64,000 bases of DNA from an uncultured bacterium (lineage in GTDB: Bacteria > Spirochaetota > UBA4802 > UB4802): contig CALEUQ010000025.1 of NCBI GenBank assembly GCA_937920495.1, positions 2,174 to 66,173 of the forward strand, in the 5' to 3' direction. How positions within the stretch are numbered: the first letter of the stretch is position 1; every line of letters begins with the position of its first letter. The notes beneath the pieces were generated by a model. That model saw nothing but the letters and a program-made list of their open reading frames with translations. It made no database searches and was not told the DNA's origin. Positions 48,699 through 59,381 of this stretch are shown piece by piece. Position numbers and translations under genes: made by a program.

Positions 48699-49733
48699 TT
48701 ATTCTAATCCATATTTACGTGGTTGCGAAAATCTATAATATCCGCTTTCTTCTTCTGCCTTTATTGTTTCCGCTTCATCTCCAAAATATTTCATCCTCAG
48801 ACTATCCAGCTGCGTGTCAAGCTCTGACCCCTTATATTTTTTTTCAAGCTCAGCACGCTGCTGCATATACTGCATGCCCGCATCCCATCGCTGATCGCGT
48901 ACCGTATCCAGTTGTTCCCAGCGTTTAAGTGCTTCACTATCAAGCCCCATAGCCTTGCGGACATCCTTCAGGCTTTGTTTCCTTTCTTCTGGTGTCATTG
49001 CCGCAAGATCTTTTTGTACACTATCAACCGCAAGAAAAGAATTCATCAATTCCTGCTGCTTACGTGCAATAAATGTATCAGTATTAGTTTTATATGCTTC
49101 TTTAATGCTTTGTGTAAAAAGCGATAGTTTTTCATCAAAGGGCATATTGCCTTCCTGTATTGTATCCAGCGCATTATAGATTGGCTCATTGCGTTTTTCT
49201 GCTTCCCACACCTGGTCTGCATCCTGTCCAAATATTTCATATCGTTTTTCCCACAGTGCATTACGTTTTTCTTTTGAAGATAGTTTCAACAACTCACTGT
49301 TATTTTCTTTTAACCAGGTATTATATTTGTGTAATTTTTCAAAAGTATCAAATATCTCATTTTCCATACCAGGGAATATTTCCCTGAGCATTGCATATAA
49401 ATACACCACCCAATCATCCGGATACATTTGTATAAGATAGCTCATGAGTTTTTCTATAAGCATTACCTGCGTATATTTGTGGTGTATTGTTTTTCCGTAC
49501 TTATTCCTGAAATACTGCACAACATCCTGCATATCAAAGTCAGCCTTCAGGCGTGCACGCAATTCTTCGTCTGCTTGAAACGCCTGCAATAACATATTTA
49601 CTGGTGGCACCACCCCACCATTTTTAATATAATCAATGCGTGATTGGACAGAATCTGCTGTATGGAAGAATGCAAAATACGCTGCTATTACGATAACACT
49701 ACATATCACTACATAAAAATATTTTTTCTTCAT
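48699..49733 (-). CDS. membrane-anchored helical protein, candidate lipase-specific foldase (Lif-like)
   Basis: A single N-terminal TM anchor is followed by a long alpha-helical E/K/R-rich soluble part. Length is 344 aa. It lies downstream, on the same strand, of a family-I lipase gene. The Lif Rx1x2FDY(F/C)L motif was not found. Confidence 0.3.
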   Translation of the reverse strand: MKKKYFYVVICSVIVIAAYFAFFHTADSVQSRIDYIKNGGVVPPVNMLLQAFQADEELRARLKADFDMQDVVQYFRNKYGKTIHHKYTQVMLIEKLMSYLIQMYPDDWVVYLYAMLREIFPGMENEIFDTFEKLHKYNTWLKENNSELLKLSSKEKRNALWEKRYEIFGQDADQVWEAEKRNEPIYNALDTIQEGNMPFDEKLSLFTQSIKEAYKTNTDTFIARKQQELMNSFLAVDSVQKDLAAMTPEERKQSLKDVRKAMGLDSEALKRWEQLDTVRDQRWDAGMQYMQQRAELEKKYKGSELDTQLDSLRMKYFGDEAETIKAEEESGYYRFSQPRKYGLE

Positions 49734-50482
49734 ATTTTATTACCCTAAAAATAGAATGTAAGCAACTGCTATTATTTTAAATCCCAATGTATAGCAGCAC
49801 AAAAGACGTAATGTGCACTTTATAATTTCTATTAAATAAATATTTTCTTCATACAATAACAGGCAAAGATTATTCATTGCACTAATATTTTTGCTGTAAT
49901 GTACATTTGCTTATGTTCATCAAGCCTTTAGGTTGCAAAACAATGTGATATCTACTCTTACTTCAGGTGAATATCTAATTTTTTCAATCATAATTTTATT
50001 ACGGCATCACAGATTATTTAACCCTGTCACAAATTTTTGGTATGAAAATTATCCATCTAAAAGGGATGTTACTTATTCTAAATAAATGAGTCTATATTTT
50101 AATCCGTTGATATGCACAAGTATACTATGTATAGATATAAAAAATTCTTCTTCAATTAATGAAGAAGGATTTTTATTATCGTCTGTTGCAACAAAACCCT
50201 CATTCCGTATTTTTTTAGAAATACGATTATCCATCAAAAAGGTATTCCATATATGCGTGAATTTCTTATGCATAAAAAAACTGTTTCAATAAAAAAACCG
50301 CAGTGCATGTGTCGTTGTTATAGCCCACTATATGTATTCCAAAAAAAACAAGATAGTGACATTGTTACTAAAAAAATCAACGTACGCTGATAGTACGCAT
50401 GTAGCAATCAATCACAAGTTTGTAATTCAATTCTTATCAAATGCGGCTTCATGTTGTAAGTGCACGTATACCGTACAATAAA

Positions 50483-50529
50483 CATAAGGGAAACGGGGGA
50501 TTCAGTCGCCATCCCCCGTTTCCCTTATG
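50483..50529 (-). terminator. perfect 18-bp-stem hairpin (cataagggaaacggggga / tcccccgtttcccttatg, 11-nt loop) followed on the minus strand by TTTATTGT
   Basis: The inverted repeat was verified base by base. It is a candidate intrinsic terminator for the minus-strand lipase transcript or for a small RNA. Confidence 0.45.
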
Positions 50530-50761
50530 TATCCCTTTACCCCCGGCTTGCCTTCTGTAATAAAAAATCCTTCCACGGCGGGCGTTCCGACGGCCTCCTG
50601 CCTATTATCGTAACGCCCGCATCCAAACGTGCCGTACATCCCTGTACGGCACGTGCATAAGACACTTTTTAACTATTAATCTTCGCCTTGAAATTAAAAA
50701 CACTTACACTCTTTAGTATTTTGTATAATTTTCCCAAAATTTAGGAATAAGCCCAACAAAA

Positions 50762-51874
50762 TTAATCGTAATAAGCTATATAGTCAAATACTGCTGCATA
50801 AAATTCCATCTCATCAAACATATCAGGACCAACGCCAATAACATCTAAATGGTCCTGTACCACTATATTATTTTTTGAAGTCATCTGTGCACTGTTAGGA
50901 TAGTTTATGCTGCTTACATATCCCAGACCAGTATCTGTTGTCAGATAATCCTGACCCAAAAACACTTCATTAAGCTTTAATCGGTAACCCATCTGCTGTG
51001 AGTTAATACCAACCAGCCCATCATCATCTAAATCAGTACGCGTTCCATTGCCTTTGCCTGCTGCACCATCGTTATCGCAGTCATCAGTACAGTACCCATC
51101 ACCATCTATGTTGTAAAAGCCATTTCTAAGCAGGAACAATGCTGGATTAACATCCAGCCCTGTCTGAGCTGTAATGATAGAAACGTACCGGGCTGCGTAT
51201 GTTGAGCTAACGGGATAGTTATTATTGAATACCTTAGCACCTGTTATAACACCATCAGTAGCACTGTAATCATTGTACACAAACTGTTTTGCCGCAGCAT
51301 ACACATCGTTTCCTGACCTGTACACTACATTACCATAAATTGTTGCTAAAGCAGCAATAACGCTCTGTACACCAGGGCCTAAATCCAGGATATACTTTGC
51401 AACCGGTGATCCACGATGCGGCGAAGAAATTGAAAGCGCAACTTTTACCACAGTATAGCCCTTTCGCTGATATAACACCTTTGCAGCTTTACGTAAATCC
51501 AGACCACCCTGCGAGTGACCAACAATATTAACATAGCGTGCACCACTTGTTGCCATGTAGCCTTCAATCTGATTGGCAAGCTGTGTTCCGCGGTATTCAG
51601 AAGAATGGAAAGGCTGAACCTGAGCTATAAATGATTTTTGTCCTGTATCAATATTCCCATTACATGTTATTTCTAAAAATTCATCACAGGGATCACCCAC
51701 AAATACCCCATAATCGTTACCCCAGTAATCATATCCTAATATATTATCAAAACCTGCCATACCATGGGCAAAAACCACCGGATATGTGGTGCGTGGCACT
51801 GCAGCAAAAACCCCATATGGGGTCAGAGCAATAGCAAAAATCACAATTATTATTAATAGCAAACCTCTTTTCAT
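50762..51874 (-). CDS. secreted triacylglycerol lipase, family I (Pseudomonas/Burkholderia type) alpha/beta hydrolase
   Basis: After the signal peptide comes YPVVFAHGMAGFDNILGYDYWG (oxyanion region), then the nucleophile elbow GHSQGG. Length is 370 aa. Confidence 0.7.
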   Translation of the reverse strand: MKRGLLLIIIVIFAIALTPYGVFAAVPRTTYPVVFAHGMAGFDNILGYDYWGNDYGVFVGDPCDEFLEITCNGNIDTGQKSFIAQVQPFHSSEYRGTQLANQIEGYMATSGARYVNIVGHSQGGLDLRKAAKVLYQRKGYTVVKVALSISSPHRGSPVAKYILDLGPGVQSVIAALATIYGNVVYRSGNDVYAAAKQFVYNDYSATDGVITGAKVFNNNYPVSSTYAARYVSIITAQTGLDVNPALFLLRNGFYNIDGDGYCTDDCDNDGAAGKGNGTRTDLDDDGLVGINSQQMGYRLKLNEVFLGQDYLTTDTGLGYVSSINYPNSAQMTSKNNIVVQDHLDVIGVGPDMFDEMEFYAAVFDYIAYYD

Positions 51875-52066
51875 GGAACCTCCTTATAATTAAAAACCGT
51901 CTACAAGGTATAAAGTAATGTATAGCACAAAAAATGTCAACTTTTTTTATACCGACTGGATGATTTTATATTCATTCTATAATTAATGATTTATTTTACC
52001 TTTGAGGTACAGGCAATAACATCAAATATTTAAAAAACATTTACATTTAAATATAATTGGATTCAC

Positions 52067-54067
52067 TTACCATACCTTGCAATTTGCTATCACATTCTCT
52101 TTACGGCTTGCAGGATTTTGCCTGCCAGCAGTGAGTTCACGTGTACGCTGTGCCACATATTCCATCAGCTCATACACAGTAATACCACCATCTTTATTAC
52201 TATCAGCTTTTTTCATGGATAATCCTTCTATGATACAATACGTAAATACCCCATTTTTCCATTTGGCGGATTCATACGCATATTCTTCACTCCCCGCAGA
52301 TGCTATCACAATCGTTCCATTATGCCTTCTTAAATCTGCAAATAACTCTTTCATCAGCTCAAAGCTGTTCTGTAAACCAACTATATATTCTTTTGATTTA
52401 GCAACCCCAAATCCTCTTGATTTTACATTGCTATCCATTTTAACATTTACACCACCCAATGGCATCTCATCCTTATCAAGCTCACCTGAATGGCATGCAT
52501 CAATTAACATTATTTTTTGTCGGGCAGGAATGCCATCAAGAAGATTTTCAACATCCTCATATTTCAATCCTCTTTCTTGCGGATTAGCAAAATCAGTATC
52601 GTACGTTGCAATATAATAATTAAGATTATCATCAAGAAGTCCGTGCGATGCCATGAAAATTATTACGTAATCATCTGGCGTGGTATTATGTAAAATTCTC
52701 TTAAGCTGCAATATCTTCTCTCGCTTGACATCTTCGATTAAAAAAAGAAATACTTTAATTTCGTTATAACTATCCCTCTTGCGCTCAAAAAGCTTTATAA
52801 AGTCCTTTGCATCCTTATCTGCATATGTAAGGTTATACTCTGATTGATTAAATCTGGATGCGCCAATTGCGACTATATATAAATTTGGTTTTGATGGTTC
52901 GACAGGAGAATACAATACATCTATTCTTTTAGGTAACGATTCTACTCCTTTTTCGTTGAGCACTGATATAGCAATTATATTATTACCTCTTGAAAGTGGA
53001 ATTTTAAGACTTTGAAAAATTATATTGTTTTTCTGTTCTAAAAATTTACCCTTAACACCATACAGTGGAACTCCATTTACTGTAACAAAAACACGTTCAA
53101 TTAAACAAAGCTTATCTTCGGCCCTAAATCTTACAAAACAGTAAGGTTCAAAGGTGTCAATGAATCTACTACTGGGGTAATCTATAGTAATCTCTGGCGT
53201 ATTCAATGTAAAATCCTTTTCAAATTGAGCTGGATCAAAACCCATTTTTTGCAATCGCTTTTCATACGCTTTGCGATATGCTACAATTAAATTATTTGAT
53301 GCTTTACCCAAACGCTCCAGGACAATATCAGGCCTATTGTACTTTAAGTCTAACTGACTAAATGTATATATATCTAGACCTTTTACAAAATGTATATTTT
53401 CCAGTGTACCTTTGTTAGTAAAGTAATAGTTATCAGGTGTTACCACAGCCCACTCATTACTGGCTGATACAATACATTGAGCTACCTCATTGTATTTTAC
53501 TAAATCCCATAAATGTACCTTACAGTCCTTACCACCTGAAATTAAGAATTTTTTATCCCCTGTTACCGTGAGGGAAAAGACAGGATTATAAGTATACAAA
53601 ATTTTGATTAGTTTGAACGTTTTCACATTTCGGAATTGAATCGTAGTATCAGCACTTCCAGATACCACAGTTTCTCCATCAGACAAAAAGTTCACAGAGT
53701 ATACATTACCTGAATGACCAAAAAATGTTTTCATGCATCTTCCACTCGCAACATCCCACAACCGGACAGTAGTATCTGCACTTCCCGATACAAGAAATGT
53801 TCCATATGGTGAAGTTGAAATTGATTCCACAACATCACTATGCCCAATCAGGGTACGAAGCAAACGCCCGCTGGCAATATCCCAGAGTTTTATTGTTCCA
53901 TCAAGACTTGCTGATGCAACAAATCGTTCATCTGCAGATACGGTTACTGACGTTATCCATTCACTATGTCCAAGCTGTATAACAACATCTAAACTATCCA
54001 AAGGGTAAGCATATGCGTGGAAAAAAAATATCTGCAAGTATACCATTAGAGTTATTATTCTTTTCAT
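52067..54067 (-). CDS. secreted WD40-repeat protein fused to a caspase-like (peptidase C14) domain
   Basis: After the signal peptide come at least 5 WD40 blades (GHS..V.SV....DG..LVSGS.D.T..LWD). The C-terminus has the His dyad motif FMASHG and the catalytic Cys motif LIDACHSGE of metacaspase/orthocaspase type. Confidence 0.7.
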   Translation of the reverse strand: MKRIITLMVYLQIFFFHAYAYPLDSLDVVIQLGHSEWITSVTVSADERFVASASLDGTIKLWDIASGRLLRTLIGHSDVVESISTSPYGTFLVSGSADTTVRLWDVASGRCMKTFFGHSGNVYSVNFLSDGETVVSGSADTTIQFRNVKTFKLIKILYTYNPVFSLTVTGDKKFLISGGKDCKVHLWDLVKYNEVAQCIVSASNEWAVVTPDNYYFTNKGTLENIHFVKGLDIYTFSQLDLKYNRPDIVLERLGKASNNLIVAYRKAYEKRLQKMGFDPAQFEKDFTLNTPEITIDYPSSRFIDTFEPYCFVRFRAEDKLCLIERVFVTVNGVPLYGVKGKFLEQKNNIIFQSLKIPLSRGNNIIAISVLNEKGVESLPKRIDVLYSPVEPSKPNLYIVAIGASRFNQSEYNLTYADKDAKDFIKLFERKRDSYNEIKVFLFLIEDVKREKILQLKRILHNTTPDDYVIIFMASHGLLDDNLNYYIATYDTDFANPQERGLKYEDVENLLDGIPARQKIMLIDACHSGELDKDEMPLGGVNVKMDSNVKSRGFGVAKSKEYIVGLQNSFELMKELFADLRRHNGTIVIASAGSEEYAYESAKWKNGVFTYCIIEGLSMKKADSNKDGGITVYELMEYVAQRTRELTAGRQNPASRKENVIANCKVW

Positions 54068-54291
54068 AGCTCACCTCGATATACTTTTTTTATTTTTTTA
54101 TTTAATTCATTATTTCAAGATTTTTTATCATAATGTTAAAAATATTTAAAATTTTTTACTTACCATTTATATATATAATGATTAAAATAAACAAATTCAT
54201 CCTGTTACATGAGCATAAGGAGTTATAAATACCATTAAATGTATTAAATTAGCTTGATTAATTATTCATATTTTTACACCCTGACTAAAGC

Positions 54292-55437
54292 TTGCGTAAA
54301 AAGGATTATTGCGTTATGAAAAACATTCTTTTCTATTCTGAAGATCTTGCACAGGTTGAGTACACTCCCACACATCCGTTTAAACCAATGCGTGCAAAAC
54401 AGATGATGGATCTATTACACCGGTATGGATTGCTTGATGACACCCAGATACTGGAACACCCATTTCTTGAAGAAGAATTGCTATATCTGTTTCACACTCC
54501 AGATTACATACAGGCACTGAAAACCTGCGAGCATGGTGAATTTGACATAAATTTATTAACATACGGGCTGGGTACACACGACAATCCTATCTTTAAAGGT
54601 GTATACAGCTTTTCCCTTCAGGCCTCTGGTGGCACTTTCTTAGGTGCAAAAAAACTGGCAGAAACCGATACAATGTTTGCCTTCAACCCCATTGGCGGCT
54701 TTCACCACGCCATGAGTGATCATGCCGAAGGATTCTGCTATATTAACGATCTTGCCATAGCGTTGCACTATCTTATTAAAAAAGGATTTAAATGCGCATA
54801 TATAGATATTGATGTTCATCACGGCGATGGCGTACAAAGTGCCTTTTATGACAACAACAGGGTGCTGACCATATCCATACATGAAAGCGGACAGTTTTTA
54901 TTCCCTGGCACGGGTTTTGAAAATGAAATCGGTGAAGGACCAGGTTTAGGGTATAACGTTAACATTCCTCTTTTAAAAGATACTGATGATGAAATTTACC
55001 TCTACGCTTTTGAAGAAATTGTACCACCATTGCTCCAGAGTTTTAAACCGGATATCGTATGCATTCAGGTGGGTGGCGATAGCCATAAGGATGACCCACT
55101 GGCACATCTTAACATCACCAGTAACGGATATGAAAAAGTACTGAATATCATTAGACAATATTCTGGCAAGGTACTTGGGACTGGCGGCGGTGGTTACAAC
55201 CTATATAAAACAGCAGCACTGTGGACTCTTGCGTGGGCCACTTTTGCCGGCATAAAACCTGTAGATAATTTTATGGGTGTGGTTGGCGGCATGATGTTTG
55301 GCCCTGAAATGGATGCTGGCTCATTGTACGATAATCCCTACCACATCGGCGGATTAACAAAAGAACAATGTTTTTCATATGCCCGTGACGTTGTGGATTA
55401 TTTAAAACAGTCTGTATTTCCCATTCACAAAATATAA
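54292..55437 (+). CDS. histone-deacetylase-family protein (AcuC/acetoin utilisation-like)
   Basis: It has the HHGDGV and DIDVHHGDG motifs and a GGGGYN C-motif. The likely start is Met at 54316. Confidence 0.8.
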   Translation: MRKKDYCVMKNILFYSEDLAQVEYTPTHPFKPMRAKQMMDLLHRYGLLDDTQILEHPFLEEELLYLFHTPDYIQALKTCEHGEFDINLLTYGLGTHDNPIFKGVYSFSLQASGGTFLGAKKLAETDTMFAFNPIGGFHHAMSDHAEGFCYINDLAIALHYLIKKGFKCAYIDIDVHHGDGVQSAFYDNNRVLTISIHESGQFLFPGTGFENEIGEGPGLGYNVNIPLLKDTDDEIYLYAFEEIVPPLLQSFKPDIVCIQVGGDSHKDDPLAHLNITSNGYEKVLNIIRQYSGKVLGTGGGGYNLYKTAALWTLAWATFAGIKPVDNFMGVVGGMMFGPEMDAGSLYDNPYHIGGLTKEQCFSYARDVVDYLKQSVFPIHKI

Positions 55438-55502
55438 CATTGCAAAGGTTTTAAATAACAGGGCACAGCCCGTAGGCATTTACTATGCAATATGGTGTTT
55501 TA

Positions 55503-56156
55503 TTATTTCAGTTTCTTAATGACTGCATCAACCCCGTTGCCAGCCACCATGATTGACGCATAATATCCGCTTTTAAATGTACCTGCATTCACCACGGTTG
55601 TATTGCCCAACTGCGCCACACCAAAAGCCTCATGTATGTGACCGCAAATGCAGAGATCTATATTATTATCCAGACAGAACCGCGCAACCGATGTACTACC
55701 TGCATGGGTTTTAAAGATAGTTCTGTCGCACACATTCTTAGGCGGATTATGCGACAGCAATATTTTCACAGGTTGATGCTGTATCTTTTCAAAACCTTTA
55801 CACAAAAAATTATAGATATCATCCTCTGAATATTCTACAGGAGTGTGAAGTGGGGTTGTAATAGAACCACCAACACCAAAAAAACCAACATCTTCCACAA
55901 TTGCAAAGCCTGCATGGATGGAATACGGTGCAAGGAATTCCTGTATGTTACTGCCATCCCAGTTTCCATGAACTGCTATCAGGGGTTTTTGTATCTGGGC
56001 GATAGTTCTCTTGTAAAACTCCCAGCGTGTATACCACTTCAGCGGACCAATATCACCTGCAATGACCACAATATCACTGGATTCAATCTCAGGCTGCAGA
56101 CGATAGATATTTTTATATCCTCGATGGATATCACTGATGGCACAGATTTTAAGCAT
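55503..56156 (-). CDS. calcineurin-like metallophosphoesterase
   Basis: It has the metal-binding motifs GDIG, GNWD and GHIHE. Confidence 0.8.
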   Translation of the reverse strand: MLKICAISDIHRGYKNIYRLQPEIESSDIVVIAGDIGPLKWYTRWEFYKRTIAQIQKPLIAVHGNWDGSNIQEFLAPYSIHAGFAIVEDVGFFGVGGSITTPLHTPVEYSEDDIYNFLCKGFEKIQHQPVKILLSHNPPKNVCDRTIFKTHAGSTSVARFCLDNNIDLCICGHIHEAFGVAQLGNTTVVNAGTFKSGYYASIMVAGNGVDAVIKKLK

Positions 56157-56270
56157 AGTAATTGATCACAATACTTTTTTTTAGTTACACGTGATGAGGA
56201 ATCCTGGCGGGATATAAATAATTGTCAAGCACTATACATCATAATACAGCATTTATGGTGTAGGTTGTTG

Positions 56271-56429
56271 TTATATACCTCTGTCCTCGTCGAATATTTC
56301 AGCAGGTATCAATACGCCAAAATACTTAATGGCAGCCACTAACCTGTCACATTCATCAATCTGTGGCAGTGTTGCGCACCCAAAAGGTTCTTCATATTCC
56401 CTGTAGATGAATAATTGTGCATTTTTCAT
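56271..56429 (-). CDS. hypothetical 52-aa protein (not in supplied ORF track, below cutoff)
   Basis: An ATG at 56429 (minus strand) opens a frame to TAA at 56271-56273, encoding MKNAQLFIYREYEEPFGCATLPQIDECDRLVAAIKYFGVLIPAEIFDEDRGI. The RBS is weak. Confidence 0.2.
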   Translation of the reverse strand: MKNAQLFIYREYEEPFGCATLPQIDECDRLVAAIKYFGVLIPAEIFDEDRGI

Positions 56430-56607
56430 GGTAATAACCCTATATTAATCATCGTAAACTAATATAGCATAAATTACATTAAAATCAAGCTGAACTTAAC
56501 AAAATTTTATTAAAATATATTTAAATTTGTATTGCCAAAAGAGTGACATATACCTACCTAAATAACACTTGCCTTAAACTTCTATATTTCTGTACTATTC
56601 CTGTACA

Positions 56608-57246
56608 ATGGCAACTCAACTTTCATTATTGGAATTTTCGTTAATTACTCTTACCTTATCGCTCTCAGGGGTCATGGCTCCAGGACCCATGAGTGCAGTC
56701 ACTATACATCATGGCATGCGCGCAAGGCTTGCAGGATTACATATTGCAACCGGGCATGCAATTATTGAACTGCCGGTAATCCTTGCTTTGTTCTTTGGCT
56801 TAAGGCTTATAACACAGTTTGCCGAGTTTACAACCTATATTACCCTGGCAGGTAGTATCGTGCTATGTATTCTTGCCACATTAACACTTAAAAGCTTGAG
56901 GGATACCAATACAATCGTGCACTCATATACACCAATGATAGATGGAATTGTCCTTTCTGCCTTTAATCCGTATTTTTATGTGTGGTGGCTTACTGTTGGA
57001 CTATCGCTTATACAGAACGCTATTATTTTTGGTGCAAGCGGACTTGTGTTATTTTCTGTATTACATATAGCGTGCGATTATATCTGGCTTTTACTATTAT
57101 CAGTAATTTCATGTGCTGGTGCTTCGTTTCTTGGCAAAGGATTCAAAACGGCAGTAAGCATCATTACTGTGATCATGCTCTACGGATTTGGGATATTTTT
57201 TATGTATGATGCGCTACATGCTATTATCACACAATTATTAATTTGA
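56608..57246 (+). CDS. LysE/RhtB-family amino-acid exporter
   Basis: It has six TM helices, the LysE-type N-terminus (LSLSGVMAPGPMSAVTI), and is 212 aa. Confidence 0.6.
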   Translation: MATQLSLLEFSLITLTLSLSGVMAPGPMSAVTIHHGMRARLAGLHIATGHAIIELPVILALFFGLRLITQFAEFTTYITLAGSIVLCILATLTLKSLRDTNTIVHSYTPMIDGIVLSAFNPYFYVWWLTVGLSLIQNAIIFGASGLVLFSVLHIACDYIWLLLLSVISCAGASFLGKGFKTAVSIITVIMLYGFGIFFMYDALHAIITQLLI

Positions 57247-57457
57247 TTTGTAATAATTGTTATTAAAAATCTATTGACACTCCATTCACTATTGTGTTAC
57301 ATTAATATATTCAACTGGAACATCTAAAAACTTAATTATACGTATGTGGAACAAAAGATATCAGAGCATTAATTATTTTTGTTGCCATTGCTCATTTTAA
57401 GGACAAAAGCCGTTTAGGTTAGCAAATAATAATTATCTTCAGTATATAAAATAATTT

Positions 57458-57667
57458 TTGAATTTACTGATGAATAATAATATTCAAAATGTTATTACCC
57501 AGATCAAAGATGAATTAATACCTATTATCAAAACCGTCGTACAGGACGAAATAAAAACAAACATTGAAGATTTTATGCGTCAGAGCGAATTGCGGGCAAA
57601 GGAGTTGAGCCTTATTGAACGCATTATACGGGTTGAAGAAGAAATAAAAGCATTAAAGGAGATTTAA
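57458..57667 (+). CDS. small coiled-coil protein
   Basis: A 69-aa helical ORF. It is followed in a different frame (57687..57800) by a 37-aa ORF with a TM tail (MEARFESIEKRFSSLQWFMGIGFTIISILIAIFGLFK). Confidence 0.3.
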   Translation: MNLLMNNNIQNVITQIKDELIPIIKTVVQDEIKTNIEDFMRQSELRAKELSLIERIIRVEEEIKALKEI

Positions 57668-57815
57668 AAAAGCCCGTTTTGAAGCAATGGAAGCACGTTT
57701 TGAATCTATTGAAAAGCGTTTTTCATCGCTCCAATGGTTTATGGGTATTGGCTTTACTATCATAAGCATTCTGATTGCCATATTTGGCTTGTTTAAATAA
57801 ACTATCGCCACAAAC

Positions 57816-58898
57816 TTAACGCGGTATAATTTTCTTTACCGAGCGTGTGCTGTCAAGAGTAAGATCAACGGTAAATGGACGCGCAATCTTCTGCTGTCTA
57901 TCGTTTGTCAATATTTTTACTATTGGGCGAAGATCACCCGTTGAGTGCAGTTCCTCAACCTGAGCAACCTCACCGGTAGTAAGCATTACCAATGTACCAA
58001 CAGGTATGAGCGGTTCTTTCTGCAATATAGGCGTCATATCGCGCACAAACCGCGAAACTAACACAGGATTAAATTTTACCCTGGATTCTTTCATTATAGC
58101 AAGAATTGCCTCACGTGATGAATAAGCCCTTTTGTATGGACGTGCCGTGATAAGCGCATCATATACATCGCAAATTGATGTGATCTTTGCCCCTATGGGT
58201 ATTTCCTCATCCTGAAATTCGCGGGGATATCCTTTGCCATTATAATTTTCATGATGATACAATATCACATCAAGTGCATGTGGTGGAATATGGTCGTGTT
58301 TTGCCACATATTCATATCCCAATTCGGGATGTTTTTTAATAAACTCAAATTCCTGGCTGGTTAACTTTTCTTTTTTATTGAGAATCTCTTTAGGGATCAT
58401 CAGTTTCCCTACATCGTGTAAAAATGCGCCAAGACCAATCTCGCGTACCAGCCGCTCTTCAAGTCCATGCTTGGCTGCCATGGTCATAGCCAGAATACCC
58501 ACATTAACCGAGTGAGTAAATGTATAATCATCATAATCCTTGATCTTCATCAAGTAAAGGAAACGATCTTTGTTCTGATTCACATAATTATGCAGCGACA
58601 ACACAAAATCTTTTGTTTGCTTAAGATCCGGCCGCGCTTTTGTCCTGACAGCTTCAAACAACGATCCCCAGATATCCTGTGCCTGCTGGGCAAATGCAGT
58701 TGCGTCATTATTTTCAGCCGGTGTGTAATATATCTTTTTAATACCTTTTGACTTTAGCGTGGTAATAATTTCATCTGTATATATAGTATATGCAGGGTAC
58801 AGAAAATTATTTTCAGAATCAAATGTGTCTCCGGAAAGCGTTGCACCCGGGACCATAAACTCAACAATAACCTCTAACCGTTTAGCGCTATCATCCAT
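57816..58898 (-). CDS. HD-GYP domain c-di-GMP phosphodiesterase
   Basis: It has an HD motif (FLHDVGK) and a GYP motif (YNGKGYP). Confidence 0.8.
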   Translation of the reverse strand: MDDSAKRLEVIVEFMVPGATLSGDTFDSENNFLYPAYTIYTDEIITTLKSKGIKKIYYTPAENNDATAFAQQAQDIWGSLFEAVRTKARPDLKQTKDFVLSLHNYVNQNKDRFLYLMKIKDYDDYTFTHSVNVGILAMTMAAKHGLEERLVREIGLGAFLHDVGKLMIPKEILNKKEKLTSQEFEFIKKHPELGYEYVAKHDHIPPHALDVILYHHENYNGKGYPREFQDEEIPIGAKITSICDVYDALITARPYKRAYSSREAILAIMKESRVKFNPVLVSRFVRDMTPILQKEPLIPVGTLVMLTTGEVAQVEELHSTGDLRPIVKILTNDRQQKIARPFTVDLTLDSTRSVKKIIPR

Positions 58899-58910
58899 AA
58901 TTGCAACACC

Positions 58911-59354
58911 TTACTTATGATATGCTACCGCATCCCCAATTGCTATTATTGCATCATTATTTCCCCGCACCTCCAGGCGCCAGGAACTTATTTTTCTTCC
59001 CGCATGCACCAGCATACACTCTGCAAATATTCGCTCGCCATCCATTGCTGCCTGTAAATACTGCAATGTCATGGTGAGGGCAACCGCCATAGTACCCATA
59101 GAGTTGCTTGCAACAGCAAAAGCCTGATCGGCCACTGCGTGGATTATACCCCCATGTGCCCTCTCAACTGCATTGAGATACTCCGGCTTAACCGTCAATC
59201 CGCAGCGCGCATAGCCGTGCTTTACATCCTCAACCTCAATACCTAAAAATGTTGCCAGTGGATCCTTCCCCACAACATCTCTGGCATAGAGTAAGGGATT
59301 CTGTACCATCTTTTCCATAGCATAACCTTTAAAATTCTTCATTAATTTAATCAC
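58911..59354 (-). CDS. PaaI/hotdog-fold thioesterase
   Basis: It has the ...HGGIIHAVADQAFAVASNS core. Length is 147 aa. Confidence 0.7.
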   Translation of the reverse strand: MIKLMKNFKGYAMEKMVQNPLLYARDVVGKDPLATFLGIEVEDVKHGYARCGLTVKPEYLNAVERAHGGIIHAVADQAFAVASNSMGTMAVALTMTLQYLQAAMDGERIFAECMLVHAGRKISSWRLEVRGNNDAIIAIGDAVAYHK

Positions 59355-59381
59355 ACCACATAGAAACAGTCAAAATTTGTG

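Noticed and set aside
49734-50460. Two mirrored 66-68-aa ORFs (50073..50273 minus, 50086..50292 plus)
   Set aside because: They overlap each other on opposite strands in AT-rich non-coding DNA, with no RBS and low-complexity composition. The region is more likely a decayed or non-coding spacer.
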